Sequence record: NC_042056.1
Length of the DNA stretch: 64,000 nucleotides
Reading direction: 5' to 3' (one strand)
Shown here: positions 55,128 through 64,000 of the stretch, one piece after another
Layout: the number at the start of each line of letters is the position of its first letter
Position numbering within the stretch: position 1 is the stretch's first letter
Position numbers and translations under genes: made by a program
The notes under the pieces: generated by a model
What the model was told of the DNA's origin: nothing
The model's database searches: none
Seen by the model: only the letters and a program-made list of their open reading frames with translations

Positions 55128-56063
55128 ATGCCTATTCCAAATATGCTGTCGGTGCTCTTACCGAGCTTCGAAGCAACGAATCTGAAAAACACGCTGAATG
55201 CAAACTGCGACGCCATCAGTGAATCACTGCTGCCACAGTTTGAAAACCTGCGTGACCTGGTCGGTACTGAACAGGGCAAACCATTCATCTCCAAGCCGGT
55301 GCAAACACTGAGCGAAGAGTTGGTAAAAATGTTGCGCAGCTCTGGCCTCGAAGTCAAAGGTCTGCGTGACCCATCCGCACTGGAATATATCGTCGCTGCC
55401 ATGCGTAACACGCTGGAACTGCGTCCGTTTATTGAACAGTGCATTAACCGTGACATCGGTAAGCAGGTTGTGACTGCTTCACTGACGTTCAACAAATCCA
55501 CGCTCCTTCAATTACTGGACCTCATTAACTTCTTTGTTCTTTACAGCGGTACGCTCGTAAACTACATCACCGCCGAAGAACTCGGCGCGGTGAAAGACTC
55601 GAACATTGCAATGAAAGGTATCGGTCCAAACGATTTGCAGTACCTCCATGTTCGCATGGTAACGTACGGCATCGCTTGTCGTGTTCTGGCTACGCCACAG
55701 TCGAAGCTCAAAGCAGACTATGCGGAAATCCCGGAAGCGGTATTTGATGAAGACACCTACAATGATCTGGTTAAGTCTTTCGGCTCGAAAGCGACCGATC
55801 CGTTGGGTCTCTCCGCAGTACCATTCCCGCTGACCATCATTTATCGGATTAATCTGTCGTGGAACGAATGGCAGATGGACAACTACGATGAAGTGTGTGA
55901 AGCGGCGAAAGCAGCCGAGTACCGTATCTTACTGTTCAAGAAACAGCAAGCGGAAGGTAAAGGCGATGCGGCGTTGGAAATCCTTATCGAGAAACACGAG
56001 AAGCGTCTGGATTCCCTGAAACGCAAACGCGAACGTCTGGCGAAAAAGAACGGTCTCGAATAA
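55128..56063 (+). CDS. virion structural protein
   Basis: 311 aa with a C-terminal coiled coil. Confidence 0.6.
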   Translation: MPIPNMLSVLLPSFEATNLKNTLNANCDAISESLLPQFENLRDLVGTEQGKPFISKPVQTLSEELVKMLRSSGLEVKGLRDPSALEYIVAAMRNTLELRPFIEQCINRDIGKQVVTASLTFNKSTLLQLLDLINFFVLYSGTLVNYITAEELGAVKDSNIAMKGIGPNDLQYLHVRMVTYGIACRVLATPQSKLKADYAEIPEAVFDEDTYNDLVKSFGSKATDPLGLSAVPFPLTIIYRINLSWNEWQMDNYDEVCEAAKAAEYRILLFKKQQAEGKGDAALEILIEKHEKRLDSLKRKRERLAKKNGLE

Positions 56064-56078
56064 CAACAGGAGAGACTG

Positions 56079-56639
56079 ATGAACCCGATTAACAATCCCG
56101 ACTTTAACGTGGCCGAACGCCTCGTTAAACGTTACATGGCCAAACTGTCCGAGAACCCGACAGAAGTCCATGATGATGACCTCATTCATGAGACGCTGAC
56201 CGCGGCAGCCGTTATCCTGCCTTACTTCCGGCTCTTAGCCGCGGAGTCTGTGCAACAGGTATTATATGACGAATTTCCACAAATCGGTTTTACGTTTAAT
56301 ACGTTTTACAATGAAACAGTTGCGTTTGTTGTAGACGGAAAGAAACGTCCAACCAATGTCGGTACCTGGTCTGTGCTGATGTCGACGTACATGAATGATG
56401 TACACGGCACCAAATACGTTCAGGAGAAAGGCAGCTTGGGCTCGCGTATGATGTCTGCCGCTTTCGGTCAGGCTGGTAAAGTTCGTAACATGGGCACGCA
56501 ACACCAATCCATGCAACCGGATACTCGCCTCTTATCTTATGCAGACCACGAACTGCTTGCGCGGTGGATGACACGTACTAACGGATTGTCCGATATGATT
56601 ATGTCGCTGGCAGTATTCTTGAAAATCGCACGTCCCTAA
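56079..56639 (+). CDS. probable virion protein
   Basis: AGGAG RBS, 186 aa. Confidence 0.65.
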   Translation: MNPINNPDFNVAERLVKRYMAKLSENPTEVHDDDLIHETLTAAAVILPYFRLLAAESVQQVLYDEFPQIGFTFNTFYNETVAFVVDGKKRPTNVGTWSVLMSTYMNDVHGTKYVQEKGSLGSRMMSAAFGQAGKVRNMGTQHQSMQPDTRLLSYADHELLARWMTRTNGLSDMIMSLAVFLKIARP

Positions 56640-56696
56640 GGGGGCCCCTTTCTAGGGGCGTGTAATTCGGTTATAACCAAACAGGAACTAGAACAA

Positions 56697-58025
56697 ATGG
56701 CAAATTTTGCACAACGCAGAGCTGCTCGTGAAAGCATCGAAAACACCGAAGCGGGTGAAATCGACGGCCTGTCTAACGTAGAACCGGGTGTAGAAAACCT
56801 GGATACCCAACTGGCTGAAATGGCATCGGAAGATGCACAGCTGGAAGGTCTGGCTGGCGATCAGGATACCCTGGGCGCGGACACCGCACGTACTGAAGAC
56901 GCTATCGACGATGCGCAAGACGCAATCGATAACGGCGAAGAACAAGCTGAAGAGTCTATTGCCCACACCGAAGTGGCGCAAGAGTCTATCCGCCGTCGTT
57001 GGGGTATCGACCGCACCAAACTGGCGCGCGAAAGCTTCCGCCGTGGTCGTGGCATGACTGCCGCTGCGCAGGAAGGCTGGAAAGAAACCCTGAAAGATCT
57101 GTGGAAACGTTTCCTTGAGCTGATCAAGTCAATCGTTAACAAGATCAAAGAGCTGAAACTCAAGTACATCAACGTGGGTAAAACCGCGCAGAGCCGTGCT
57201 AAGAAGTATCAGGCTGCAATCAAAAACCTGGGCAGCAAAAAGACCAAAGATGAAATCGGCGGTAGCTGGATCAGCAAACTGTCCATCGAAGGCGCTTTCA
57301 ACGTTGACGGTTCTATCGGCATCGCGAAAGAAGTTACTCAGGGCAAAGCCAAAGGCGCGATCGCTGCAATGACCAGCCAGGCTGGCGCAGCTGCAACCTA
57401 CGTCGTGAAAGCGGCTGACGGTGAAGTGTCCGCATCTAAAGCCTCTGGTGGTTCTTCTGCCTCTGGTCCGGGTGTTATGCTGGCGTCTGATGCACCGAGC
57501 TACGACAAAGTCGAGCTGTTCGGTACCGCGGCAACCAAACTTCAGAATCTGGAAGAGTTCGCTGATGGCGAATACCAGAAACTGCAAGCACTGCCGGGCA
57601 ACGCCTACATTCAGGTCGGTAACAAGAAACTGGCTGGCGGCGTGGACTTCGCTGCTATCGGCTTCATGACCACCGGTGATGCAACTGAAGACAAACAGAT
57701 CGCCACTCCAGAAGTGGGCAAACTGTCTGCGGCTGCTCAGGGTCTGGAAGCAATCGGTAAAGGCTTCGAGAAAGTCCTGCAAGACTTCCGTACCTTCGAT
57801 AGCGAAGTTGAGAAACTGCAACGCGCTGCTGAGAAAGCTGCCGGTGCTGTGGATAAAGCTGACGACGCGAACCGCGAAGCGCTGCAATCTGCACGTACTG
57901 CTGCTGACCAGTCTGTGAAGAACTATCAGGTTCTGAACCGCGCTGTGTCTTACGTTGCTAACACCGTTATCGCTGGCCTGAACGGCTACATCGGTGCTGG
58001 TATCGGTGCGTACGGTAAGAAGTAA
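56697..58025 (+). CDS. high-copy internal head protein (phiKZ_IP family; SPN3US gp53-like)
   Basis: Acidic propeptide with ARES, AQES and AQE-G cleavage-type sites; high-expression codons. Confidence 0.75.
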   Translation: MANFAQRRAARESIENTEAGEIDGLSNVEPGVENLDTQLAEMASEDAQLEGLAGDQDTLGADTARTEDAIDDAQDAIDNGEEQAEESIAHTEVAQESIRRRWGIDRTKLARESFRRGRGMTAAAQEGWKETLKDLWKRFLELIKSIVNKIKELKLKYINVGKTAQSRAKKYQAAIKNLGSKKTKDEIGGSWISKLSIEGAFNVDGSIGIAKEVTQGKAKGAIAAMTSQAGAAATYVVKAADGEVSASKASGGSSASGPGVMLASDAPSYDKVELFGTAATKLQNLEEFADGEYQKLQALPGNAYIQVGNKKLAGGVDFAAIGFMTTGDATEDKQIATPEVGKLSAAAQGLEAIGKGFEKVLQDFRTFDSEVEKLQRAAEKAAGAVDKADDANREALQSARTAADQSVKNYQVLNRAVSYVANTVIAGLNGYIGAGIGAYGKK

Positions 58026-58101
58026 GCCTTCTTAACCCGTAAACGACCCGACGTTAATCATTGAGGTGGGGCACGCTGCCCCACCTAGAGGAAAAGTGAA
58101 A

Positions 58102-59382
58102 ATGGCAAACTTTGCACAAAAACGCGCTGCTCGCGAATCCATCGAAGGCACCGGTACTGTTGTTCCGGATGGCCTGGAGCTGCCAGCAGAATCGGTTGAA
58201 GGTATTCTGGCCGAGCTGGCTGAGAAAGAACGTGATATCGATACCACCGACTCTGAGCACGATGTGCTGATTGAAGATGGTAACGAAACTGATGCGCAGC
58301 TGGACGCGGTAGACGCGGCTGACGACGCAGCAGCAGAACCGGCCGACGACAAAATGGAAGCGGAAGAAGACATGCCTGACGAAGCAGCGGAAGCGCTGGA
58401 CGTTGCGCAGGAATCTATCCGTCGCCGTTGGGGCTTCGACCACCGTACCAGCGTAGCGCGCGAAAGCTACGGCAGCCGTAACCGTCGTAGCGTAGCCCGT
58501 GAAAGCCTGTGGGAAGACATCAAAGCCTTCCTGAAGCGTGCGTGGGAATGGCTGAAAGAGCAGGGTCGTAAGATCAAAGACCGCTGGCTGAAATTCAGCA
58601 ACCAGGGTAAATCTGTTCAGGGTCGTTCTAAGAAGTTCGGCGAGCAGATCAAAAACCTCGGCAAGCAGAAGTCTGGTAAAGACAAGCTGTCTGGTGGCTT
58701 CATCAAAGATCTGACCATCGCCGGTAAGTTCGAAGGTACCAACACTGCGGCTCTGGATCAGGTATTCTCCAAAAAAGGCGACTTCGCCAAAATTCAGGAT
58801 GAAGTGCTGGCTGAAATGACCGGTGCGGTCGATGAAGTGGCTAACGCGTCTGAAGCCGACTTTGCCAAAACTGGCAAGAAAGCGAAAGATCTGGCTAATG
58901 CTATCTCCAGCGATCTGAAAGGTGAGCATCCGATGCTGGGCAACCAGGTGTTCAAAGTTGAAACTGAAGCCACTGAAGACGGCGACAGCTTCGAAGTGAG
59001 CACCACCGTTGTTGAAGCAGAGCACAGCGTAGAGAGCGATATCTCTACTCCGTCTATTGCACAGCTGGGTGCGGTGAATACCTTCTTCAACAAAGTCGGT
59101 GTAGAGATCGAGAAGAAGGTTAAAGCGTATCACGCGACTAACCAGAAACGCGATCGCTACGAAGCGGCCATCGAGAAACTGCTGAAGAAAATCGACGGCG
59201 TGAAAATCGATGAGCAGGGCGGCGAGTTCTCCAAGTCAATCCGTCTGATCCGTAAAATGATCGGCGCGACTAACCAGTTCCTGGGTGCTGCTGAGCGCGC
59301 AGACGCTTCCAACACCAAGAACATGGTTTCTGGTCTGAACGGCCTGCTGGTCGCCGGTATCGCTGCTTACGAGAAAAAGTAA
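58102..59382 (+). CDS. high-copy internal head protein paralog (SPN3US gp54-like)
   Basis: Same MANFAQ[R/K]RAARESIE start, AQES/ARES sites and similar C-terminus as 56697-58025. Confidence 0.75.
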   Translation: MANFAQKRAARESIEGTGTVVPDGLELPAESVEGILAELAEKERDIDTTDSEHDVLIEDGNETDAQLDAVDAADDAAAEPADDKMEAEEDMPDEAAEALDVAQESIRRRWGFDHRTSVARESYGSRNRRSVARESLWEDIKAFLKRAWEWLKEQGRKIKDRWLKFSNQGKSVQGRSKKFGEQIKNLGKQKSGKDKLSGGFIKDLTIAGKFEGTNTAALDQVFSKKGDFAKIQDEVLAEMTGAVDEVANASEADFAKTGKKAKDLANAISSDLKGEHPMLGNQVFKVETEATEDGDSFEVSTTVVEAEHSVESDISTPSIAQLGAVNTFFNKVGVEIEKKVKAYHATNQKRDRYEAAIEKLLKKIDGVKIDEQGGEFSKSIRLIRKMIGATNQFLGAAERADASNTKNMVSGLNGLLVAGIAAYEKK

Positions 59383-59404
59383 GTTAGTGTGCTGACACGG
59401 AATA

Positions 59405-59440
59405 CCCTACTCCTTCGGGAGTAGGGCTTTTCTTTTTTTA
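59405..59440 (+). terminator. intrinsic terminator
   Basis: CCCTACTCC-TTCG-GGAGTAGGG plus T-run. Confidence 0.8.
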
Positions 59441-59460
59441 TTTTAAAAGTTTTCAGATAG

Positions 59461-59475
59461 ATATTATCTTGGTGA
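59461..59475 (+). promoter_or_regulatory. putative early promoter
   Basis: ATATTATC-TTG-GTGA. Confidence 0.6.
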
Positions 59476-59508
59476 GTATTCATCCTATTCACCTTTAAGG
59501 AGTATCAA

Positions 59509-60141
59509 ATGTTAACTTCATCGAGAACTCAAACTGTCGTCAATGTTGGCACATACCAGAATCCGAAAGTCCGTTACAACCGCCGTGAAGACAAAGTGTC
59601 TGTCACCTCTGGTAAGGCGGAGTTCACCTGTAGCTATCTGGAGTTCTACGCGTTGCTGATGTGGGCACGTCTGTGCTACCACGAAGAAGAACAGATGGCC
59701 TTCGTTGCCGGTAACACCCGTTATGAATTAGACCCGCCGTACGGCACCACACATCGTGACCGTATCAAAGGTCTGCTGGAAGCTGCCAAAGGTTTCCTAC
59801 CGATGCCAACCGACCTCCCAGCAACGTATACGTGGGATGATGAAGTCATCTACGGGAGTGACTTAGAGCACATCTACCTGCGTGAGTCGGTCGATTCATG
59901 GCGGCCGGTGTTTGCGCTGCGTGTCACTTTACCGAAGACCCTGAAGCGTGACGATGGTTTAGCCCTGTACCATCAGGCGAAAGAGACCATCAACGAAGGG
60001 CGTGCCCTGCCCGCCGGTACCGAAGACATCAGCATCATCTACCCGAAAGAAGATGCGAAGTCGCCGACATACCGCGGCATCAATAACCGGAAAATCTTTG
60101 AAGAGTTTTCTGGGGTACCTGTGCCAAACGCACCGGTCTAA
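59509..60141 (+). CDS. hypothetical protein
   Basis: AAGGAG RBS, 210 aa. Confidence 0.8.
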   Translation: MLTSSRTQTVVNVGTYQNPKVRYNRREDKVSVTSGKAEFTCSYLEFYALLMWARLCYHEEEQMAFVAGNTRYELDPPYGTTHRDRIKGLLEAAKGFLPMPTDLPATYTWDDEVIYGSDLEHIYLRESVDSWRPVFALRVTLPKTLKRDDGLALYHQAKETINEGRALPAGTEDISIIYPKEDAKSPTYRGINNRKIFEEFSGVPVPNAPV

Positions 60142-60306
60142 AAGGCTACCCCACCTTCGGGTGGGGTGCTCTTTCTTTTTTACAAATCCCCTTTTGGTTA
60201 TGCGAGGGGGTAGGCCCTTTTATGTCTTTGGCCGATCGATCGGCGCTTGTCGTTCAGACAAGCTGCCTTATTGCTGTTGACCTTTATCGTTTATCGAGGA
60301 ACACGT

Positions 60307-60672
60307 ATGTTGGAACCAACCAGCTTTGCCTTTAAGATGGAAACCATTACTCATCCGGTGATGATATTTAAATCGCCTACCCGCCCCCAAATCAAGCTGT
60401 TTGTCATGCTGGAAGATTTGGAAGCGGCACTCCTCGAACTGGGGAGTCGTGATTATCGCGGCCCTATCACTATCCGACTGGCTACGCCGTTCTACGGCAA
60501 GGAGACGTACGCCAACAGTCGAATGGATGGGATTGTGTTCGATGTGGAACACCGTACCGTTTCCACTGCGGTGATTACTGACAGTGTTGAGCTGTTTACA
60601 TTCTCCCGCAGAACGTTCACCACGTACCTGCGTGAACTTATCAAAGAAATCAATAAGGATAAACAATCATGA
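60307..60672 (+). CDS. hypothetical protein
   Basis: GAGGA RBS before ATG 60307. Confidence 0.7.
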   Translation: MLEPTSFAFKMETITHPVMIFKSPTRPQIKLFVMLEDLEAALLELGSRDYRGPITIRLATPFYGKETYANSRMDGIVFDVEHRTVSTAVITDSVELFTFSRRTFTTYLRELIKEINKDKQS

Positions 60673-61211
60673 AGTTGAGTATCATTGCTGCGACCGACCG
60701 TAAGAACGCCATTGGTAAAGAGAACACGCTCCCGTGGCGTTTACCGGCTGACCTCAAGAACTTCAAAGCCTTGACCGACGGCAAGCTCATCATCATGGGG
60801 CGTAAGACGTGGGAATCGCTCGGTTCCAAGTCCCTGCCCAACCGCCAGTCCATCGTCATTACCCGTGACCATACGCGTGTAACGGAAAACAGTCCTAACA
60901 ACGAACGCGGTGTGATTATCGCCCCTAACCTTGCGGATGCGATTGGTTGTGCAGAAGCACTGGTCAAACAAGGGACGTACCCGGACGAAGTGTTCATCAT
61001 TGGCGGGTCTGAAGTCTATCACCAGACCATCAAAAAAGCTGACCGCATTTACGTCAGTCGGGTGGACACGGTGGTGGAAGGGGCAGATGCGTTCTTCCCG
61101 GATATCGACCGTGATTATTATCAGCAGTCTATGTCGGTTCGTCACCTGAAAGACGATGCAGGTAACACGTACGACTGGCATTACCAAATCTGGGACAAGA
61201 TTAGGGGTTAA
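60669..61211 (+). CDS. folA: dihydrofolate reductase
   Basis: AIGKENTLPW, IMGRKTWESL, LPNR, IIGGSEVY and DAFFP. Confidence 0.95.
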   Translation: MKLSIIAATDRKNAIGKENTLPWRLPADLKNFKALTDGKLIIMGRKTWESLGSKSLPNRQSIVITRDHTRVTENSPNNERGVIIAPNLADAIGCAEALVKQGTYPDEVFIIGGSEVYHQTIKKADRIYVSRVDTVVEGADAFFPDIDRDYYQQSMSVRHLKDDAGNTYDWHYQIWDKIRG

Positions 61212-61232
61212 TTACAAACCCTTCTAAAAAGT

Positions 61233-61260
61233 GGGGAGCTTCGGCTCCCTGTTTTTTTTT
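61233..61260 (+). terminator. intrinsic terminator
   Basis: GGGGAGC-TTCG-GCTCCCC plus T-run. Confidence 0.8.
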
Positions 61261-61328
61261 GCATTTGCGTTCAGTGATATGTATAAGCACAAGCAATGGC
61301 CACCATGTGGACGGCCTGAGGGGATGAA

Positions 61329-62855
61329 ATGCAACAGTATTTCGAAGTGCCGTCACTTGATGTGACCATCCGCAAGGCGGTTATTGACGGCATCGTCTAT
61401 CGATTATTAAACGAATCGGGGATGGACAAGTCCAACGCAGTCTTCTTAGACTCGTTCAACACAGCCCACCAACCCGGCTCGACGCTCGGTGATGCAACCG
61501 ATGTGGAATACGCCTCGACTGACCGCGTCTATGTTGAAGTGGACGAAGAACGTGATGAAATGGCACGCATCAATCGCGGTGTGGGTCTGAACATTGAACT
61601 GCCGTTCTTCCACGATGAAACCAACGGTATTAAAGCGTGGCCGATTCGTACCAAATACAAAGTCACCATCACCTTCCGCCGTAACGCCCAGTCTGAGGAC
61701 GAGCTGTTACGTTGGACAAACCGTTTGAACAGTTTACTGGACATGGGCCGCTATTCATTAGTGACGGAGTCCGAAGCCTACTTCGTGATTCCCAAGCCCC
61801 TGTTCAATCTGCTGAATGCCTGTTGGGTCGCTTCTGAAACCCGTGTGCCCGCGTATCCTACATTTAAGGAATATCTGGCCGCCAACTTCGAAGAGACGGT
61901 TGGGGTAGTGGCCAACGACAGTGGCGGCCAGCAAACGCTGATGGTGCGGTATTCACCGACCCGCGTCGAGATGGTGTACGATGTTAACCCACCGGCATGG
62001 AGTAAGGAAGATAATCACTACGAAGCCACAATGACCGCGAGCTTCGAATATGACCGCCCGGAAGAAGTCGGGTGTGTCTATCCGTACATCATCAATCAGA
62101 CACCGTTACCGGATGCCTACTTCCCGCAAATCGATCCGCCGTGGATGGAAAACGAAGACAGTGTCGAACGCAGCGAAGTGCAGACATCCTTTGACGGTAC
62201 ATGGTGGCAGAATGAGCGCCGTCAGTTGATTCGACTGCCTTACCTGTTGTGTCCACCAGAGCAACTCCACCGTATCCATTCGCCGTTAGAGGCAAAGCTT
62301 CTGCGGATGTTTGGTACCGATGTGTGTTTCGGTGAGGAGAACATGTCGAACCCGGTGGTGATGTCAACCTCTGACTTGCCGTATGAGTGGAACCCGGTAC
62401 TGCTGCCGTATATCGAGCACTGCCGCACGATTGACCCGACGGGGATGACGGGTGTGTTCCGTACCGAGCTGTTTGAAAACGGTTTACGTATCGAACCCCG
62501 GTTGTACCACTGGCAGGATGATGAGTTCTCCTTAACCCGTGAGATGGATGTGCACAAAGCCTACTTCCTGACCGAGTCAGTGATTTACGACTGGCGGGGA
62601 TTAGACCTGTGGCCGCTCCAGAAATACCCGAAGGCCGCAGAGCTGCTCATCAAGTGGTTGTTCCCGAATCTGGACTTCCCGGATTGGTGGTGGGACTTAC
62701 CGACGCTCCCGCCGAGTGCGTGGGAAGAGATAGAAGACAAAACCACCCAAGACGAGACCGGTGCAGGCACCAACCGCAAGCATTTGCTGCTGACCGTCTT
62801 TAACACCACCATCATTGCAATACGAGGTACTTCGAATGCTGCAAGCGAAGGGTAA
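61329..62855 (+). CDS. virion structural protein
   Basis: 508 aa with TATG upstream; synteny with SPN3US/phiKZ structural genes. Confidence 0.6.
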   Translation: MQQYFEVPSLDVTIRKAVIDGIVYRLLNESGMDKSNAVFLDSFNTAHQPGSTLGDATDVEYASTDRVYVEVDEERDEMARINRGVGLNIELPFFHDETNGIKAWPIRTKYKVTITFRRNAQSEDELLRWTNRLNSLLDMGRYSLVTESEAYFVIPKPLFNLLNACWVASETRVPAYPTFKEYLAANFEETVGVVANDSGGQQTLMVRYSPTRVEMVYDVNPPAWSKEDNHYEATMTASFEYDRPEEVGCVYPYIINQTPLPDAYFPQIDPPWMENEDSVERSEVQTSFDGTWWQNERRQLIRLPYLLCPPEQLHRIHSPLEAKLLRMFGTDVCFGEENMSNPVVMSTSDLPYEWNPVLLPYIEHCRTIDPTGMTGVFRTELFENGLRIEPRLYHWQDDEFSLTREMDVHKAYFLTESVIYDWRGLDLWPLQKYPKAAELLIKWLFPNLDFPDWWWDLPTLPPSAWEEIEDKTTQDETGAGTNRKHLLLTVFNTTIIAIRGTSNAASEG

Positions 62856-64000
62856 GGGTAAAACCACATTCGAGCCGGTTAAGACGGAACCCGAATACCT
62901 GAATCAGGCTCAAGACGGTGTCAAGGAAAAAACCAACATCGTCACAGAGCCTACCAGAACGACTGTAGTCGATTTAGAGCGCACGCCTGCCGTTAACCTG
63001 CTTCCTGTCGTTGAAGGCTCCTCGTGGCCGCTGCTGGCGTATTATCGCCGGTTAATGGGCAAGAACGACCCGAAGATGCTGTTCGACCCGAAACAGGACA
63101 CGCCGGTACAGCAATACGACTGCATCCACTATCTGGAGCTGCGGGTTAACAGTCCCTTGTCGCGTGACCAAGACGGGGGCAACAAAACCTTCACCATGTC
63201 GGGTAGTGCCACCATGGCCACGTCCGTGGTACCGAACGAAAACGACATCTTCACGGCTTCCCTCGGGGATAACCGGGTCGGTATCTTTAACGTCACCACT
63301 ACCACCCGTAATTCGAACAACAAGGTTGCCACTTATTCCATTGAGTACACCTTACTCTTTGAAATGACACCTGCCCACAAAGCGATTCTGGACAAGTGTA
63401 CGGCACATGAGTTCTATTACGTTAAGGAACGTGCGTATACCGGTGGTGACACGTTACTCACCCCGAACGAGTACAACGCCTACTTGGCACTCGGTGAGCA
63501 CGTCAACGGGATTGAGGAGACTTACCTGCGTCGTTTCTTTAACGAGGACGCGCAAACAATTCTCTTCCCGGATGATCGTTACGGGTATGCCTACGATGTG
63601 TTCTTGGCGCAGTTCGTCCGGGACATTGGCCTGCGTATGGTGGGTAAAGATGTGCGTATCTATCCGCACCCAACCAAACCGATTCGTGATATCGAAACGC
63701 TGTTCACGGTCATCATCGCCCAACAGCCCCTGTTCCTGCAAGATGTCAATCGCAAGAACAAAGGGTTGTCAGTGCGGTCGTTCCGTACCATGCAGACGTA
63801 CAACAACGTGGGTTGGTCGAAGATTGCAGTAACGCGCTACTTCTCTGACGATGCGCCGTTGCGTCAAATGCCTGCGGAATGGCCGAAGTTCGATGACTTT
63901 ACCAGCACAGATGTGTTGCTGGAAGGCTCGAACGAAACGGTGCCGGGCTTCCTGCCGTTAACGTACACGCCCTACCTGCTGACTGACGTGTTTTACAACG
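62836..64000 (+). CDS. virion structural protein (partial, runs off the window)
   Basis: ATG 62836 (MLQAKGKGKTTFEPVK...) appears open to the window end. It is absent from the ORF track because there is no stop. Confidence 0.65.
   Translation, partial: MLQAKGKGKTTFEPVKTEPEYLNQAQDGVKEKTNIVTEPTRTTVVDLERTPAVNLLPVVEGSSWPLLAYYRRLMGKNDPKMLFDPKQDTPVQQYDCIHYLELRVNSPLSRDQDGGNKTFTMSGSATMATSVVPNENDIFTASLGDNRVGIFNVTTTTRNSNNKVATYSIEYTLLFEMTPAHKAILDKCTAHEFYYVKERAYTGGDTLLTPNEYNAYLALGEHVNGIEETYLRRFFNEDAQTILFPDDRYGYAYDVFLAQFVRDIGLRMVGKDVRIYPHPTKPIRDIETLFTVIIAQQPLFLQDVNRKNKGLSVRSFRTMQTYNNVGWSKIAVTRYFSDDAPLRQMPAEWPKFDDFTSTDVLLEGSNETVPGFLPLTYTPYLLTDVFYN

Overview
This is a 64-kb segment of a nucleus-forming jumbo phage (phiKZ-like, Chimalliviridae). 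Gene order matches my recollection of Salmonella phage SPN3US and related Erwinia phages; the exact phage cannot be named without a search. Bases 1-6.7 kb are accessory: an HslV/Ntn-type peptidase, a TerB + membrane protein + TAXI solute-binding operon, a ParB-like ORF, nine recognisable tRNAs and a dense set of non-tRNA structured RNAs. These RNAs include a ~650-nt multi-domain RNA, four tRNA-like molecules without a normal anticodon loop, and a duplicated 65-nt motif whose stems differ while the loops are conserved. Bases 6.8-64 kb are the conserved core: a split family-B DNA polymerase, chimallin, four non-virion RNAP subunits, probable ChmC and PicA, an SbcD-like nuclease, an SF2 helicase, one virion RNAP subunit, head and baseplate proteins, and DHFR. 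The best leads are the ncRNA/tRNA-mimic island (3.0-5.8 kb), a probable -1 programmed frameshift at 40906-40912, and a GNSLL[D/N]D tail motif shared by PicA and its neighbour. Helices were found by eye, and several core-gene names rest on synteny and recalled knowledge rather than searches.
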